Assembly: GCA_964016885.1 (NCBI GenBank)
Contig: OZ024741.1
Span: 220,286,001 to 220,350,000 of the forward strand
Direction of reading: 5' to 3'
Source of the DNA: Eledone cirrhosa
Taxonomy: Eukaryota
Length of the DNA: 64,000 nt
Both the position numbers and the translations under genes were made by a program. The notes below the pieces were generated by a model. It saw nothing but the letters and a program-made list of their open reading frames with translations, had not been told where the DNA came from and did not search any database. Numbering within the stretch: position 1 is the first letter of the stretch; every line of letters begins with the position of its first letter. Shown here one piece after another: positions 1 to 13,014 of this stretch.

Positions 1-177
1 AACTCAAGAGAGAGGAGAAAGTGCCATAAAGAGAGAGAAGGATATAGTTACATCTTTACGTCATGTCATACCATTTTGAATTTTCGATTCATATGAAATG
101 GATAATAAGAATGCAAATATCGATATTCATGAATGAGACATAGATATATAATATACACACATATATATATATATATA

Positions 178-335
178 TAACGAAGGAAATGTGTTAAGGA
201 ACCAGGTGGACCATAACGCACCAAAGTACTCAATACTTAGGGTAGTAGAGTGGGTAATAGGAACGAGTAGGACACCGACGGCTGAGCTCAAGCCGTTTCG
301 ACGGCTTGAGCTCAGCTGTCGGGGTCCTACTCGTT

Positions 336-412
<77 letters not shown>

Positions 413-434
413 CTATATATATATATATATATAT

Positions 435-468
<34 letters not shown>

Positions 469-487
469 CTATATATATATATATATA

Positions 488-519
<32 letters not shown>

Positions 520-595
520 GGAACGAGTAGGACCCCGACGGCTGAGCTCAAGCTGTCGAAACGGCTTGAGCTCAGCCGTCGGTGTCCTACTCGTT

Positions 596-600
<5 letters not shown>
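178..600. mobile_element. Two short fold-back family A copies (178-340, 517-600) in (TA)n
   Basis: Same sequence as 647-790, inverted around the HHR stem II/III region. Confidence 0.75.
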
Positions 601-650
<50 letters not shown>

Positions 651-741
651 CGAACGAAATGTGGTAAGGAACCAGGTGGACCATAACGCACCAAAGTACT
701 CAATACTTAGGGTAGTAGAGTGGGTAATAGGAACAAGTAAT

Positions 742-835
742 ACCCCGACGGCTGAGCTCAAGCCGTTTCGACGGCTAATTCTGTATTGAATGAAAATTTA
801 TTCTGGTATTTAAATAGCCGAACTTATCAAGGGGT
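742..835 (-). ncRNA. Type I hammerhead ribozyme, family A, U3-A8 core
   Basis: Minus strand: ACCCC-TTGATAA-G(TT)CGGCTA..long loop..TAGCCG(T)C-GAAA-CGGCT TGAGCTC AGCCG-TC-GGGGT. Stems I, II and III pair; GUC cleavage triplet. Confidence 0.8.
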
Positions 836-1954
836 AATTCCATATATGGTCAAAGAGATAATCACCAGGATTCGTCACATCACAAGTTAGTAGTAAATCT
901 GTGATGGCAAGTTAGTCCTTCTACCCCAGTTCCCTTTCTTTGTCGTCGTCTTTTTCTCGCCCACCCGAGGTAGCCCATCGGTCCCTTGTAGCTTCAGCAC
1001 CCCCACCCCCTCCCCTATTCTATGATAGATTTGGCTGACTCCGCTTTTTATAGCAGAGGTGTTCGACTTCGGATACTCGCCCCCTTCTCCGACCGCTGTC
1101 CCTTTTTTCCGTGCCTTCTATATTTCTTAGTGGCATCTTTGCTTTAATTTCTCGTTTATCCAGTATTTCTTTCTTCCTTTTCCCTTGTATTAATTTTCCG
1201 TTCTTTACTTTTACTTCGTACGATCTTTCATGTAGCTTGTATAAGACTTTTTGTTTCGTGGCGGTACCCTTAGAGTTAGCACTAGTATTTTTTTGCGGGT
1301 CCCTGAATTATATCCTCGTACTAGTTTACTTTCTTGCACTGGGTGGTTGCTGGCCCTGTGATTGGGGTAGAAACCTTTATTATTTTCGTGGTAGTCTCTC
1401 TAGTATTCTGCCCCCCCCCCCCCCCCTTTGTTGACCCGTCACAGTACGATACACGCACTTATACCTCGTATAAGGGTCCCTTTATTTCCGTCCCACCTAG
1501 TTTATTTCTATTATTATTATTTATTTTTTTATTCTACATTATATATATATATATCTTTTTTTTTTTTTTAAATTTATTTATCTATTCTTTTATTCACTTA
1601 TTTGTTTATTTATTTATTTATGTATCTCTTTAGCCTAGCAATAGCGAGAGACTTATGTCTTAGTAACCAGATTTGGCTTTTTTTTTTTCTCTCTCAGTAC
1701 CTTTTATAGTTTTACCTTTCATTGTTCTACTTACCGTTTCGACCTCCTCCCCCTCCCCAGTATCCTCTTTGACCTCACACCCAGCTGTAGCTGGCACTAC
1801 CAACGCATGAATGGGTCTACTCCACCCCCTCTCCCTTTTCCTCCTACCGGCATGTTTAGCTACCCCTTCCCCCACCAACTTGCCATCACAGATTTACTAC
1901 TAACTTGTGATGTGACCAATCCTGGTGATTATCTCTTTGACCATATATGGAATT

Positions 1955-2048
1955 ACCCCTTGATAAGTTCGGCTATTTAAATACCAGAGTAAATTTTCAT
2001 TCAGTACAGAATTAGCCGTCGAAACGGCTTGAGCTCAGCCGTCGGGGT
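1955..2048 (+). ncRNA. Type I hammerhead ribozyme, family A, U3-A8 core
   Basis: ACCCC 1955-59, TTGATAA 1960-66, stem II, GAAA 2021-24, stem III CGGCT/AGCCG, GTC 2041-43, GGGGT 2044-48. Confidence 0.8.
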
Positions 2049-2060
2049 CTTACTTGTTCC

Positions 2061-2105
<45 letters not shown>

Positions 2106-2106
2106 C

Positions 2107-2139
<33 letters not shown>

Positions 2140-2198
2140 TTATACATATATATAGTAATATACATATATATATATAAATATATATATATATTACTATA

Positions 2199-2231
<33 letters not shown>

Positions 2232-2278
2232 ATATATAGTTATATACATATATATATAAATATATATATATATATTAC

Positions 2279-2365
<87 letters not shown>

Positions 2366-2455
2366 GATATTAATAAATGGAAACTATATTTATAAAACCA
2401 TATTTATTTCATTATACATATTTCAGGGATACCAAATTAAATTAGAACTTTTGCT

Positions 2456-2489
<34 letters not shown>

Positions 2490-2604
2490 GCAATATACAT
2501 ATATATATATAAATATATATATATATTACTATATATATATATTACTATATATATATATATACATATATATATATAAATATATATATATAAATATATATAT
2601 ATAT

Positions 2605-2645
<41 letters not shown>

Positions 2646-2685
2646 TATATTACTATATATATATATATACATATATATATATTAC

Positions 2686-2754
<69 letters not shown>

Positions 2755-3099
2755 CTATATATATATATATATAGTATGTATCTGTATCTCTGATCATATG
2801 CTATCTTTACTGTTTGAAATGAAGGCATTGCTTAGCGCTACTTTCAAAGGAGTAAATCAATTACATCGACCCTGATACTTATTTCAAATTGGTTCATATA
2901 TATCGATCTATGCATAGCCAACAGCTTTCTTACGTGACATAAAGGAACACAAAATGAACGACATCAAAGATATTTACACTGCTGTAGATATAAACACTGA
3001 AACACGTGCGGATATACATAGTGTATCTCATGTTCCCACGACGACTGACACACATACATATAGATATGCACCTACGCATTATACACACACACAAACACG

Positions 3100-3135
<36 letters not shown>

Positions 3136-3138
<3 letters not shown>

Positions 3139-3282
3139 CGAAGGAAATGTGGTAAGGAACCAGGTGGACCATAACGCACAATACTTAGGGTACACAATAC
3201 TTAGGGTAGTAGAGTGGGTAATAGGAACAAGTAACACCCCGACGGCTGAGCTCAAGCCGTTTCGACGGCTAATTCTGTACTA

Positions 3283-3285
<3 letters not shown>
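3136..3285 (-). mobile_element. Truncated family A pLTR with tail
   Basis: Matches 647-785; bounded by (TA)n. Confidence 0.75.
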
Positions 3286-3354
<69 letters not shown>

Positions 3355-3674
3355 ATGTATGTGTGTGTGTGTGTGTCTCTATGAGGGGCGTGTGTGTATG
3401 TATTATACTAACACACATACATATATTGGTATGTTTAAATATATAACCATGTACACACACACATATATATATATATATATATGGCTAACTAGCAAGATGC
3501 TAAATATATATATATATATATATATACCTCTTCTATAGGAAGAAGCAGTAAAAATAACTATCTAACTATCGTCAATGCTTTTCTTTCTTCTACCACGTAT
3601 TTACTTCCAATGGATGACTAACGTCAGAAATCTTAGGGGACTTGTTCTCCATATTGTATTTTCTGATTGACATT

Positions 3675-3736
<62 letters not shown>

Positions 3737-3890
3737 TTTTAATATAGATGAGATTCTCATCTATATTAAAACTTTTATACTCTGCAATGTATTGAGTACC
3801 TTACTTACTGTGGTTACCTCCGATTCAACCCGGAATAACGTATATATATATATATATATAGTTATGTAATAAACAACATAAGGCAATTAT

Positions 3891-3948
3891 TCCATTTACC
3901 AGTGGTTTCTTAAAAGCAAAACATTTTGCTTTCAATCCTCAGAATGAA
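3891..3948 (-). ncRNA. Type I hammerhead ribozyme, intact core
   Basis: Minus: TTCATT-CTGAGGA-TTGAAAGCAAA ATGT TTTGCTTTTAA-GAAA-CCACTGG-TA-AATGGA. Inverted partner at 4495-4552. Confidence 0.8.
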
Positions 3949-3958
3949 AAAATCCTGG

Positions 3959-3993
<35 letters not shown>

Positions 3994-4182
3994 CTTTTTT
4001 TAAAAAGGAAAAGAATGACTTCAGTTGTAGTTCTAAATAATTTGATTTAATTTTATAATATAATAATATGAGTATTATAATATTATAAAATTAAATCAAA
4101 TTATTTAGAACTACAAGTGAAATCATTCTTTTCCTTTTTTCCAAATATACCTAACTGTACCAAGGACCTCAGACATTTTCCA

Positions 4183-4214
<32 letters not shown>

Positions 4215-4494
4215 ATTTATATATATATATATTTATATATATATGTATGTTTATGTATATTGTCCATGTCTGTATACGCATATACGCTTATGTGATAAAG
4301 TATAAGTCTACGTACTTTTTAAGTATATGCGTGTGGTTGAGTGTGTGTATGTTTATATATTTATTGTTTATACATATATATGTATGTATTCTTTGTTTCT
4401 CCTCTTCTTCTTCGCCCGTTTTTTGCTCAGCCTCACTTTCATATTTCTTATATTTTGTTTTCAAATCCATATTTAATAAAAACACCATGTTTTA

Positions 4495-4552
4495 TTCATT
4501 CTGACAACTGAAAACAGACATATCTGCTTTCTAGAAACCACTGGTAAATGAA
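4495..4552 (+). ncRNA. Hammerhead ribozyme, degenerate (G8A)
   Basis: TTCATT-CTGACAA-stem II-GAAA-CCACTGG-TA-AATGAA; perfect stem I. Confidence 0.65.
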
Positions 4553-4642
4553 ATAATTATCTCATGTTGTTTATTACGTAACTAATAAGCTCTGTAGCCT
4601 ACATAGAGGACGTTTTTTCCTGTACCTTTCCGACCGAATTAC

Positions 4643-4745
<103 letters not shown>

Positions 4746-4931
4746 ACAGGGAGAAAGCGACGATTAAGAAAAATATTTTTTTCCCCTTTTTTTTGTTTCT
4801 CTCTCTCTTTTCTGGGTTAGAAAATGATTAAAATGAAATGTTTTACTTTGTGTGAAGTGTTAAGGTATTAGTTGATTTATTTATTATTTAAGAATGGCAT
4901 TTATCTATCTATTTATATATTTAATTATTGT

Positions 4932-4970
4932 CTATTACCGGTTTCAGCATTTATATGCATTATCAAATGA
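4932..4970 (-). ncRNA. Minimal hammerhead, U3-A8 core, 3' of a PLE GIY-YIG remnant
   Basis: Minus: TTGATAA-TGCAT ATAA ATGCT-GAAA-CCGG-TA; palindromic stem III. Confidence 0.7.
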
Positions 4971-5391
4971 TAGTGAAATGTATTAGTGTGGTGTCGCACA
5001 TGTTAAACAGAAAGTGCAGAAAGAATAATGTTATATACAAACAAGGTTTAAGAAGTGAAAAGAAAAAAGAAAAAAGAAAAAGGAAAATAAAACGACCATA
5101 ATGTCGAACGTAAAAAGTCAATGTGGAAGAAAAAATAATGTTATTTACAAGCACAGTCATTGAAGTTAAGCAGTTCAAAATGTGTTAATATCGCAAGAGT
5201 GCTTAGTTGAACCATGGTTCCGTGAAGGAGGCAAATGGTGGACTGTGGTTTGATATGATTTCCCTTTTTAGAGAGTTAATATGCAGGGGGAAGCAATTCT
5301 TGCTGGGTGATATTTAATTTAATTAAGAAAAAGGATTAGGTAGGGTGTGAGGGAGGTAACTCTTGTAAATGTTTGATGGTTTGTTGCAGTT

Positions 5392-5725
5392 TTAGATTGG
5401 TCCGATTTTTAGGGCATTGAGTAGTGGTTGAAATTTATTAATGAAATGTGTTTCCTTATTGGTAGGTTGGATGAAAGTAGGGTTATCTATGAATTTGTAA
5501 ATGGGGAAAATTGTAAAGTTTGGATGTTGGTTGAGAGCACAATTGGCGATATGTTCACTAAATACAATCTTTCTGTATTCCTGTATTTTAATTTGTGATT
5601 TATGGATGGTCATACGTTGACGGAGGCTGTTTTTTGTCTGTCCTATGTAGTGCTCTTGACAACCTGAGCAGGTCAAAACATAGATAAGCTTTTCAGGTGC
5701 ACATGTAAAGTTGTGTTTAACTGTG
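5392..5725 (-). pseudogene. Penelope-like element GIY-YIG endonuclease C-terminal remnant (Neptune-like)
   Basis: FTCAPEKLIYVLTCSGCQEHYIGQTKNSLRQRMTIHKSQI..HFINKFQPLLN: IY..YIG..R..H and terminal PxLN motifs. Confidence 0.85.
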
Positions 5726-5746
5726 TAAATCCTTGAAAGGTTTATT

Positions 5747-5804
5747 ATACTATGATCATTTCAATGACCGGGTTCGATATGAATCCGGTGATATCATCAG
5801 GTAT
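5747..5804 (-). ncRNA. Type I hammerhead ribozyme, intact core
   Basis: Minus: ATAC-CTGATGA-TATCACCGG..CCGGTCATT-GAAA-TGATCA-TA-GTAT. Confidence 0.8.
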
Positions 5805-5953
5805 TGAAATATAACAAAGGAATATGTAAAAAACCATGTGTCCGAAAAATCAGAGACAGAGACAAAGAGGACGACTAACCAACTAGCTGCCTTCACCTCG
5901 GCCAGTCGCCCTCAAATGACCAATTCTATCCAGTGGTGAACCAACAAACCTAA

Positions 5954-5989
<36 letters not shown>

Positions 5990-6384
5990 TCACCCCCTAA
6001 ACATATATACATATATTTACACGTTGATTGACATATGTCTAAACAACCCGATGACAATAACATCTGACGGACAAGTGAGTTTTATGTAGCCCGACCTGCA
6101 AGAAATAGCAGCCAAATAGCCCTCAAATCACATCTTAGAGAATTTGACATGAAAGCAAGAAATACACTTTGGATAATGTTATTGTTGTTGTTCTCGATAA
6201 TCTCACTGTGTTTATTTTTATTCCTCTCTACCAAACCTCTGACCAACAGAAACCCCAACTCTCTTTGGTCCAACACCCCACCATTTCATCTCCCATCACT
6301 TATTGTCTTTAACCAGCTCTACAATCTCACCCAGCACCTTCACTTCACCACACAAACGTCATAATATCTATGAAACAGTCAAAA

Positions 6385-6900
6385 CACCACACCCCCACAA
6401 CCCCACCAACCATTACATCCCACTACACTACACCCCCACAACACCCACTAGCCATTAATTCCCACCACACCCCACAACCCCCACCAACCATTACTTCCCA
6501 CCACACCCCTACAACCCACACCTTCCATTACTTTCCACCACACCACACCCACATAACCCCCACCAACCATCACTTCCCACCCCACACCACCCCCATAAAC
6601 CCTACCGACATTACTTCCCACCACACCACAACCCACACCAACCATTACTTCCCACCACACCACAACCCCCACCAACCTTGCTTCCCACCACACCCACAAC
6701 CCTCACCAGCCATGGCATACCACCACACTACACCCCCACAACCCACACCAACCATTACTTCCCACCACATCGCACCCCCGGAACCCCCACCAACCATTGC
6801 TCTCCCCCACACCCCCACAACGCCCACCACCCATTGCTTAACCACAACCCCCACCAACCATTGCTTCCCACCACACCCCGCATCCCATTACTTCCCTCCA
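6385..6900 (+). repeat. Degenerate C/A-rich tandem repeat (CCACCAACCATTACTTCCCACCACAC-like)
   Basis: Recurrent ACCATTACTTCCCACCACA units about 35-45 bp apart. Confidence 0.75.
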
Positions 6901-7033
6901 CCATCATCTCTCTCACACCATTTCTTCATTCTAATCCTTCCCCCACCTATCACTCACACCCAAATATTCCTTCCAACAAAACCACCAATCAAAACAAACT
7001 TTAACTGACCACCATAAATGAATGTGAATCGTT

Positions 7034-7220
7034 GTGGATTAGCAGTGTCGGTAGAGGGTCGGACGCCATGCTTTGACGCATAGAGTTACGGCCCTTGCCA
7101 TTCTGAGTTCAAATCCCGCCGAGGTTGACTTTGCCTTTCATCCTTACGGGGTCGATAACATAAAGTACCAGTAATACACTGGGTAATTGCTGGCCTTGTG
7201 CCAAAAGTAGAAATAGTTAT
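7034..7220 (+). mobile_element. tRNA-derived SINE, family 1
   Basis: A-box-like head, B box GAGTTCAAATCC, body GCCGAGGTTGACTTTGCCTTTCATCCTTACGGGGTCGATAA..GTACCAGT, AT-rich tail. Confidence 0.85.
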
Positions 7221-7234
7221 ATACCTTTTCTACG

Positions 7235-7700
7235 AGGTCATAAAGTATGGCTTGGATGCTGCAGGCTTCCCCTCCCAGCTCAAGCCGGTCAGGCTGGATC
7301 AAAGGGACAGGCTGGCAAGAGGCCAGACGGTATGACCATCTTCCCGCTCCGCGGTGGCAAACCCCTCGTGTGGGATGCCACTTGCAACAACACTTTCTCC
7401 AGCCGCAACTTCGTGCAGTCTGTGACTAACCCAGGTACTGCTGCACGTCAGGCTGAGGAGGCCAAACTCTCCAAGTACAGGTCGCTCTACGACAGGTTTG
7501 CGGTCGTGCCCTTGGTAGTGGAGACTTCTGGAGTCCCTGGCCCTAGGATTACCTCTCTACTCACCACCATAGGCGCTGATCTGGCCAGCCGCAGGTGTGA
7601 GCCTCGCTAGTTGGAATGGCTCTTCCAACGCATCTTCCTTGCTATCCTCCGGGGAAACGCCTTCTCCATTCTGTCCGCTGGAGCTGTGGGGAGGCCAGCA
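7235..7700 (+). pseudogene. CRE-clade non-LTR retrotransposon 3' fragment (restriction-like endonuclease domain)
   Basis: TIFP..GKPLVWDATC..AARQAEEAKLSKY..FAVVPLVVETSG..LFQRIFLAILRGNAFSIL; in-frame stop at about 7608. Confidence 0.75.
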
Positions 7701-7835
7701 TGTGGAACCCCATTTGCTCACCATACAGAGAGATGGGGGAGGGCGAGAGAGATGGAGGCGATGACAGTGGGAGTTCGGCCCTTCCACGTTCGAACCATAT
7801 CCTTGTGGTTGTGTTCATTATTTATAGATAACTAT

Positions 7836-8020
7836 GGTCGGTGGATTGGCAGTATCGGTAGAGGGTCGGACGCCATGCTTTCTAGCATAGTTACGTCCCT
7901 TTACGATCTGAGTTCAAATCCCGCCGAGGTTGACTTTGCCTTTCATCCTTACGGGGTCGATAAAATAAAGTACCAGTAATGCACTGGGTAATTGCTGGCC
8001 TTGTGCCTAAAGTAGAAACA
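7836..8020 (+). mobile_element. SINE family 1 with 19-bp TSD
   Basis: ATTATTTATAGATAACTAT at 7817-7835 and 8021-8039; A box TGGCAGTATCGG, B box GAGTTCAAATCC. Confidence 0.9.
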
Positions 8021-8311
8021 ATTATTTATAGATAACTATATAATATTTCTGTATTATAGTTGTAGAGCAATTCCTATATAAATCATGTTGTAGAGATGTA
8101 CATGCATTTTATCTTGCTCTGTTTCTACGCCTTAAGAGGTTCATTCTGTCATTACCACAACAGACGTCCGACGAGTTGTTGATTTAACAGTCCGGCTAAA
8201 TGGATACAGATAGAACCTTGAACTGATCAATAGCGAAACGCGCGTTACCACTCAATAAACATAACAAATCGTCCTTTTTATTATATATGTATGTATGTAT
8301 GTGTGTGTATA

Positions 8312-8347
<36 letters not shown>

Positions 8348-8510
8348 TGTATGTATGTATGTATGTATGTATGTATGTATATGTAATATGTATATATATA
8401 TCATATATATATATGTATGTAGGTATATATATATATATATATATATGTAGGTATATATATATATGTATATATATGTATGCATGTATCTATGTATATATAT
8501 GTATGTATGC

Positions 8511-8562
<52 letters not shown>

Positions 8563-9341
8563 ACAGCAAGAACAAAACACGTAATACCCTGACACGCGAA
8601 AAAGAAAAGCTCGCTTCTTCAACCACCGACAGTGGCTTATATGTGGATCCGTCGGTTTCGATGTTTACAGTAGACAATACAACAGCTGTATCAATAGGTT
8701 ATAAGGCTCTAGCTCTTAACAAAACCAGAAACAAATATACAGAATTCGAGAGTAGTTTGAACAAATGAGACAATACAGTGTCATGAAACCTTCTGAAATT
8801 GTCTATCACAAACAGTCGGCTGCTGTGAAGAAAGCAATTTGAACAAAACAAATTGATTCTTTTGAAAGTAAATAAAACCTGTACATACCTGCATGTGGGA
8901 AAACACTGAAAGAAGAATATTTGGCCTTACAACATAGAAAACACAGACACACAGAAACACACACACACACACATATATACACATATACACTTATACATAT
9001 ACATATGTATATATATATATATGCACGCACAGAAATAGTAGCCAAAATTATTTTACTGTAAATATTCAAGCAGAAAAAGACAGACATATATATATATATA
9101 TATGTGTGTGTGTGTTTGTGTGTGTGTGTATGTGTATGTAAGCATATGTATAATTATATATATATATATATGTGTGTATATATATATGTGTGTGTATATA
9201 TATGTGTGTGTATGTATATACATAAATCTTATATACTATATAAATGCATTGTGCTATTCCTTTTTCTTAAAAACTTGCTATTACATACTGCCATTTTAAT
9301 TCCCTACTTTTATTTAAAAATTGTTAATATATTTCTTCATT

Positions 9342-9378
<37 letters not shown>

Positions 9379-9382
<4 letters not shown>

Positions 9383-10338
9383 AATAATGATGGCTGCGCG
9401 TTGCAAATGGTGGTGCATATGAAAAAGTAAGTCCTTCATCAGTGACCCTCCAACCGTCCCAGGCATTTCATCGCTTTAAGGGCCATATGCCTCAGGTTGG
9501 TGCGAACAACGGCTAAAAAAAGTCGTTGGGACACGTAAATAAAGGGGACGTTAGGGTAACAAACAAAATGGTTTAAGCAACGGAAAGTGAGAAGAAATAG
9601 ACAAGTCCCAGATCTCTATGAATATAAACTCGGTGAAATCGTGAACAAGAGACAAAAGACCATCAAACCTGGTTGAAATGTGAGCAAGGAAGGAATTTCG
9701 CACAGGTCTAACGGGGGGGGGGGGAGAAAAGAAGAAGAAGAAGAAGAAGAAGAAGAAGAAGAAGAAGAAGAAGAAGAAGAAGAAGAAGAAGAAGAAGAAG
9801 AAGAAGAAGAAGAAGAAGAAGAAGAAGGGGTCTGGTCTACGAATTCGGTAGACATAAGTTTTGTGAAGTCGCAGACGAAAGAGAGAGAGAGAAAAAAATT
9901 CCATACCAGCTTGACCAAGACCGCGCGAGAAAAGAATTACACACAGGTCAAACTTGAAGGAGGAGGAGGAAAGAGGAGGAGGAGAGGTGGTGACAGAGAA
10001 TGAGTGAGTGAAAGTTGAGGAGGAGGCTAACAGAGCGAGAGACTGCTAGAAAGGGTAAAAGGTACAAAGAACGAGAAAGGGTAAAAGGTACAAAGAACGA
10101 AACAGACGGGTGGCAGCAGAAGAAAAATTATGTGTAAATATGATAATAATGATGGCTGCGCGTTGCAAATGGTGGTGCATATGAAAAAGTAAGTCCTTCA
10201 TCAGTGACCCTCCAACCGTCCCATGCATTTCATCAGGTTGGTGCGAACAACGGCTAAAAAAAGTCGTTGGGACACGTAAATAAAGGGGACGTTAGGGTAA
10301 CAAACAAAATGGTTTAAGCAACGGAAAGTGAGAAGAAA
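9379..10338 (-). mobile_element. Direct repeat pair (9379-9598, 10140-10338) around (GAA)n; probable PLE pLTR family, third copy 20920-21198
   Basis: Near-identical blocks of about 200 bp. Minus strand has CTGATGAAGGAC, but the GAAA half is degenerate. Confidence 0.5.
9731..9826 (+). repeat. (GAA)n microsatellite
   Basis: Perfect GAA run. Confidence 0.95.
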
Positions 10339-10373
10339 ATATATATATATATATATATTATTCATTATTTATT

Positions 10374-10555
10374 TGGCAGTATCGGTAGAGGGTCGGACGC
10401 CATGCTTTGACGCATAGAGTTACGGCCTTTGCCATTCTGAGTTCAAATCCCGCCGAGGTTAACTTTGCCTTTCATCCTTACGGGGTCGATAAAATAAAGT
10501 ACCTGTAATGCAATGGGTAATTGCTGGCCTTGTGCCAAAAGTAGAAACAATTATT
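10374..10555 (+). mobile_element. SINE family 1
   Basis: Same consensus as 7836-8020. Confidence 0.9.
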
Positions 10556-10569
10556 TATTTTTATATATA

Positions 10570-11029
10570 CTAGCAGAAAAAACACCCTTTTTTGTAGTGT
10601 GCATAATGATATTATAGTCAAGTATATATACATGTAGATATGATACATCAAACAAAATCGTAATTAACAATATACACAGAAACTGAACGAAGACTACGTT
10701 ATGTAATCAGTAACATAATCCATGATACATTAAAAAAAGACGATAGTATATACAAACTGCATTAGGAGATAATTAGTGTCGGAAATATATGAATATTTAT
10801 TTAAGCGATCGCTAACCGGAAGTGTTGACATTTGAAAATTTTAAAGAAGTGAATCTTAAAATAAGCAACAAAATTATTTATATTTAATCAAGAATAACGA
10901 AATTTAGTAGATAAATTATGTAATATTCATTCATTATTTATTCAAAGTAATCCAACTTATTTTACGAACGGGATAAACATAATATATTCTGGGCGTAGTC
11001 TCGCACTCCTTACTTTATTATAGTTTAGA
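10570..11029 (-). mobile_element. Possible non-autonomous Helitron
   Basis: Minus strand starts A|TCTAAACTATAATAAA and ends TGCTAG|T; 3' hairpin not clear. Confidence 0.45.
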
Positions 11030-11521
11030 TATACTTTGTTTTTGTATTTGTTTTGCAAGATTTTTAATCTGAGAATGTGTGTTGAAACAGATATTGTTAT
11101 ACTTTGGGAAGGTCATGCTGCTAATAAAAACACACGATTTTACTCCATTCATTATTATAACATCCAATCAATCGGAAGGAAACGTAGTTGATGGGGGTAT
11201 ATATACCCATGGGATATATGTCCATTCGCTCCTAACATGATTCTGGAATAGGCATACTAATTGGCATATAATTAGCTCTCGTGTTGGTATTTAATTATAC
11301 ACTCTGTATTTATACAGATATAAAATTATCATACACTTTGACTGCTTGCACACATTATATATGCATATATATATATATATATATACGGAAAAAAACACAC
11401 CGAGCATTATAATAAATGTTCGGTGAATCCATACGTACATATATATATGTGTGCATGTATGTATATATATATACATACTACTGTACGTCTGTATACATAT
11501 ATCTATGTACGTGTACATACT

Positions 11522-11580
<59 letters not shown>

Positions 11581-11588
<8 letters not shown>

Positions 11589-12120
11589 GTAAGTTTGAAG
11601 AATTATTAGATAAAATATATACAGTCTTTCCTCTCCCTACTCCGTAGAAATCAACCACATAAATAATCATTTAAACAAGGCTCTGAGTTTAAAATGTAAC
11701 TATATGTATATATTTAGACATAGTCCAAACTCTGGGTGTCTCTTGATGAGCTCCAAGCCTCGTGGATAAATCCAGGACCGAATATATCCGCAAAAAAGGA
11801 CTGAAACTGCCGGCAGTCGGTACTAATGAATTTTGGTAAAGTTTATATGCATTTTTTCTTATATTTTCGACCTAACTCCGTTTAGTTAATTATTTGTCTA
11901 GTCAATTTATACGGGCTAAAAGGAATGACTAGATAAATTTTATCTGGCTGTCCCTCGCGGAAGATAGTCTGTATCACTTGTCTATTATTTCTTCATAGTT
12001 ATATTTTAAACTTATAGCCTCGTTTAAATGATTATTTATGTGGTTCATTTCTATGGACGAGGGAGAGGAAATACTGTATATATTTTATCTAATAATTCTT
12101 CAAACTTACTAATTTTATAT
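11581..12120. repeat. Inverted repeat arms (about 11581-11703 and 11995-12118) enclosing an HHR copy
   Basis: GTAAGTTTGAAGAATTATTAGATAAAATATATACAGT.. is reverse-complemented at 12070-12118. Confidence 0.8.
11738..11823 (+). ncRNA. Type I hammerhead ribozyme with extended stem II
   Basis: GTCTC-TTGATGA-GCTCC..GGACT-GAAA-CTGCCGGCAG (palindrome)-TC-GGTAC. Confidence 0.7.
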
Positions 12121-12430
12121 ATAGTTCTGATAATTTTCTAAATTAATTCTTTCATTGAGCCACACCGTGAAATGTAGCCACACTCATATATGTATCTCTG
12201 ACTATGTCTAAATATATACATATATCCCTATGAATTTAATATATACTGCTGTAAGGTAGAATAACACTTTAGGCAAGATCTGGCTGCGCTTTCTAGCAAC
12301 CAACCTACTCGCCGCCTGGCAACCAATCACAATCTTCTGCCTTGACCACTAGCCACGTGATAATTCTTAGCCATTTTTGAATACATTTCTGGCGGGGATC
12401 ACGGTAGAAACTTTAGTCCAAACTTGTGGT

Positions 12431-12516
12431 GTCTCTTGATCAGTTCCAAGCCTCGCGGATAAATCCAGGATCGAACATATCCGGAAAAAAGGAGCGAAAT
12501 AGCTGGCAGTCGGGAC
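12431..12516 (+). ncRNA. Second, degenerate copy of the same hammerhead
   Basis: GTCTC-TTGATCA-GTTCC..GGAGC-GAAA..GGCAG-TC-GGGAC. The two copies together reconstruct a perfect fold. Confidence 0.65.
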
Positions 12517-12705
12517 TAGAGGAATTTTGGTAAAGTTTATATGCATTACGTCTGTGTGCACACTTGTCTGTAAGTGTGCGTGTGTGTGAGCATATGTATG
12601 TCTGTGTATACGTGCATGAATATATGTATGTCTGTATAATTATATATATGTATAAGTGTAATTGTATCTATTTGTGCATGTATATATATATATATATATA
12701 TATAT

Positions 12706-12972
12706 ATGTAGGAGGGGAGTTTTATTGTAGCACAATAAAGCAATGCAAATATCGGATAAGTAGCACTCTACAGTTTGTAGGACTGGAGTATAAATAATAT
12801 AAAATCAAAGGATGGTTAAAAGAGTTCCAGGTATTTTATTATGCGCATTTCAAAAACAAATATCATCATGGGATGGTATCTGATGAGAACGCAGATATCA
12901 TCCCATGATGACATTTGTTTTTGAAATGCACATAATAAAATACTTGGAACTCTTTTAACCATCTTTTGATCT

Positions 12973-12975
<3 letters not shown>
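12706..12975. mobile_element. Fold-back pLTR cassette with tail; HHR at 12877-12940 (+)
   Basis: Arms about 12797-12881 and 12893-12975. CTGATGA 12880-86, GAAA-TGCACA-TA-ATAAAA. Same family at 30369-30641. Confidence 0.75.

Positions 12976-13006
<31 letters not shown>

Positions 13007-13014
<8 letters not shown>

Larger units (their letters stand above)
647..2062. mobile_element. PLE-type pLTR cassette, family A: inverted arms about 647-913 (minus, with 3' tail) and about 1885-2062 (plus), flanked by (TA)n
   Basis: Arms are reverse complements (ATAGGAACAAGTAA..CCCCGACGGCTGAGCTCAAGCCGTTTCGACGGCTAATTCTG.. vs ..CAGAATTAGCCGTCGAAACGGCTTGAGCTCAGCCGTCGGGGTC..GTTCCTAT). Each arm holds an HHR. 1660-1890 is homologous to 22843-23080. 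Confidence 0.75.

Noticed and set aside
6370-7008. His/Pro/Thr-rich extensin-like ORF
   Set aside because: C/A-rich degenerate tandem repeat with no splice or domain support.
7836-8020. tRNA genes suggested by GTTCAAATCC
   Set aside because: These are SINE heads: no full cloverleaf, followed by a shared body and TSDs.
9680-10003. Poly-Glu ORF
   Set aside because: (GAA)n microsatellite inside a repeat.
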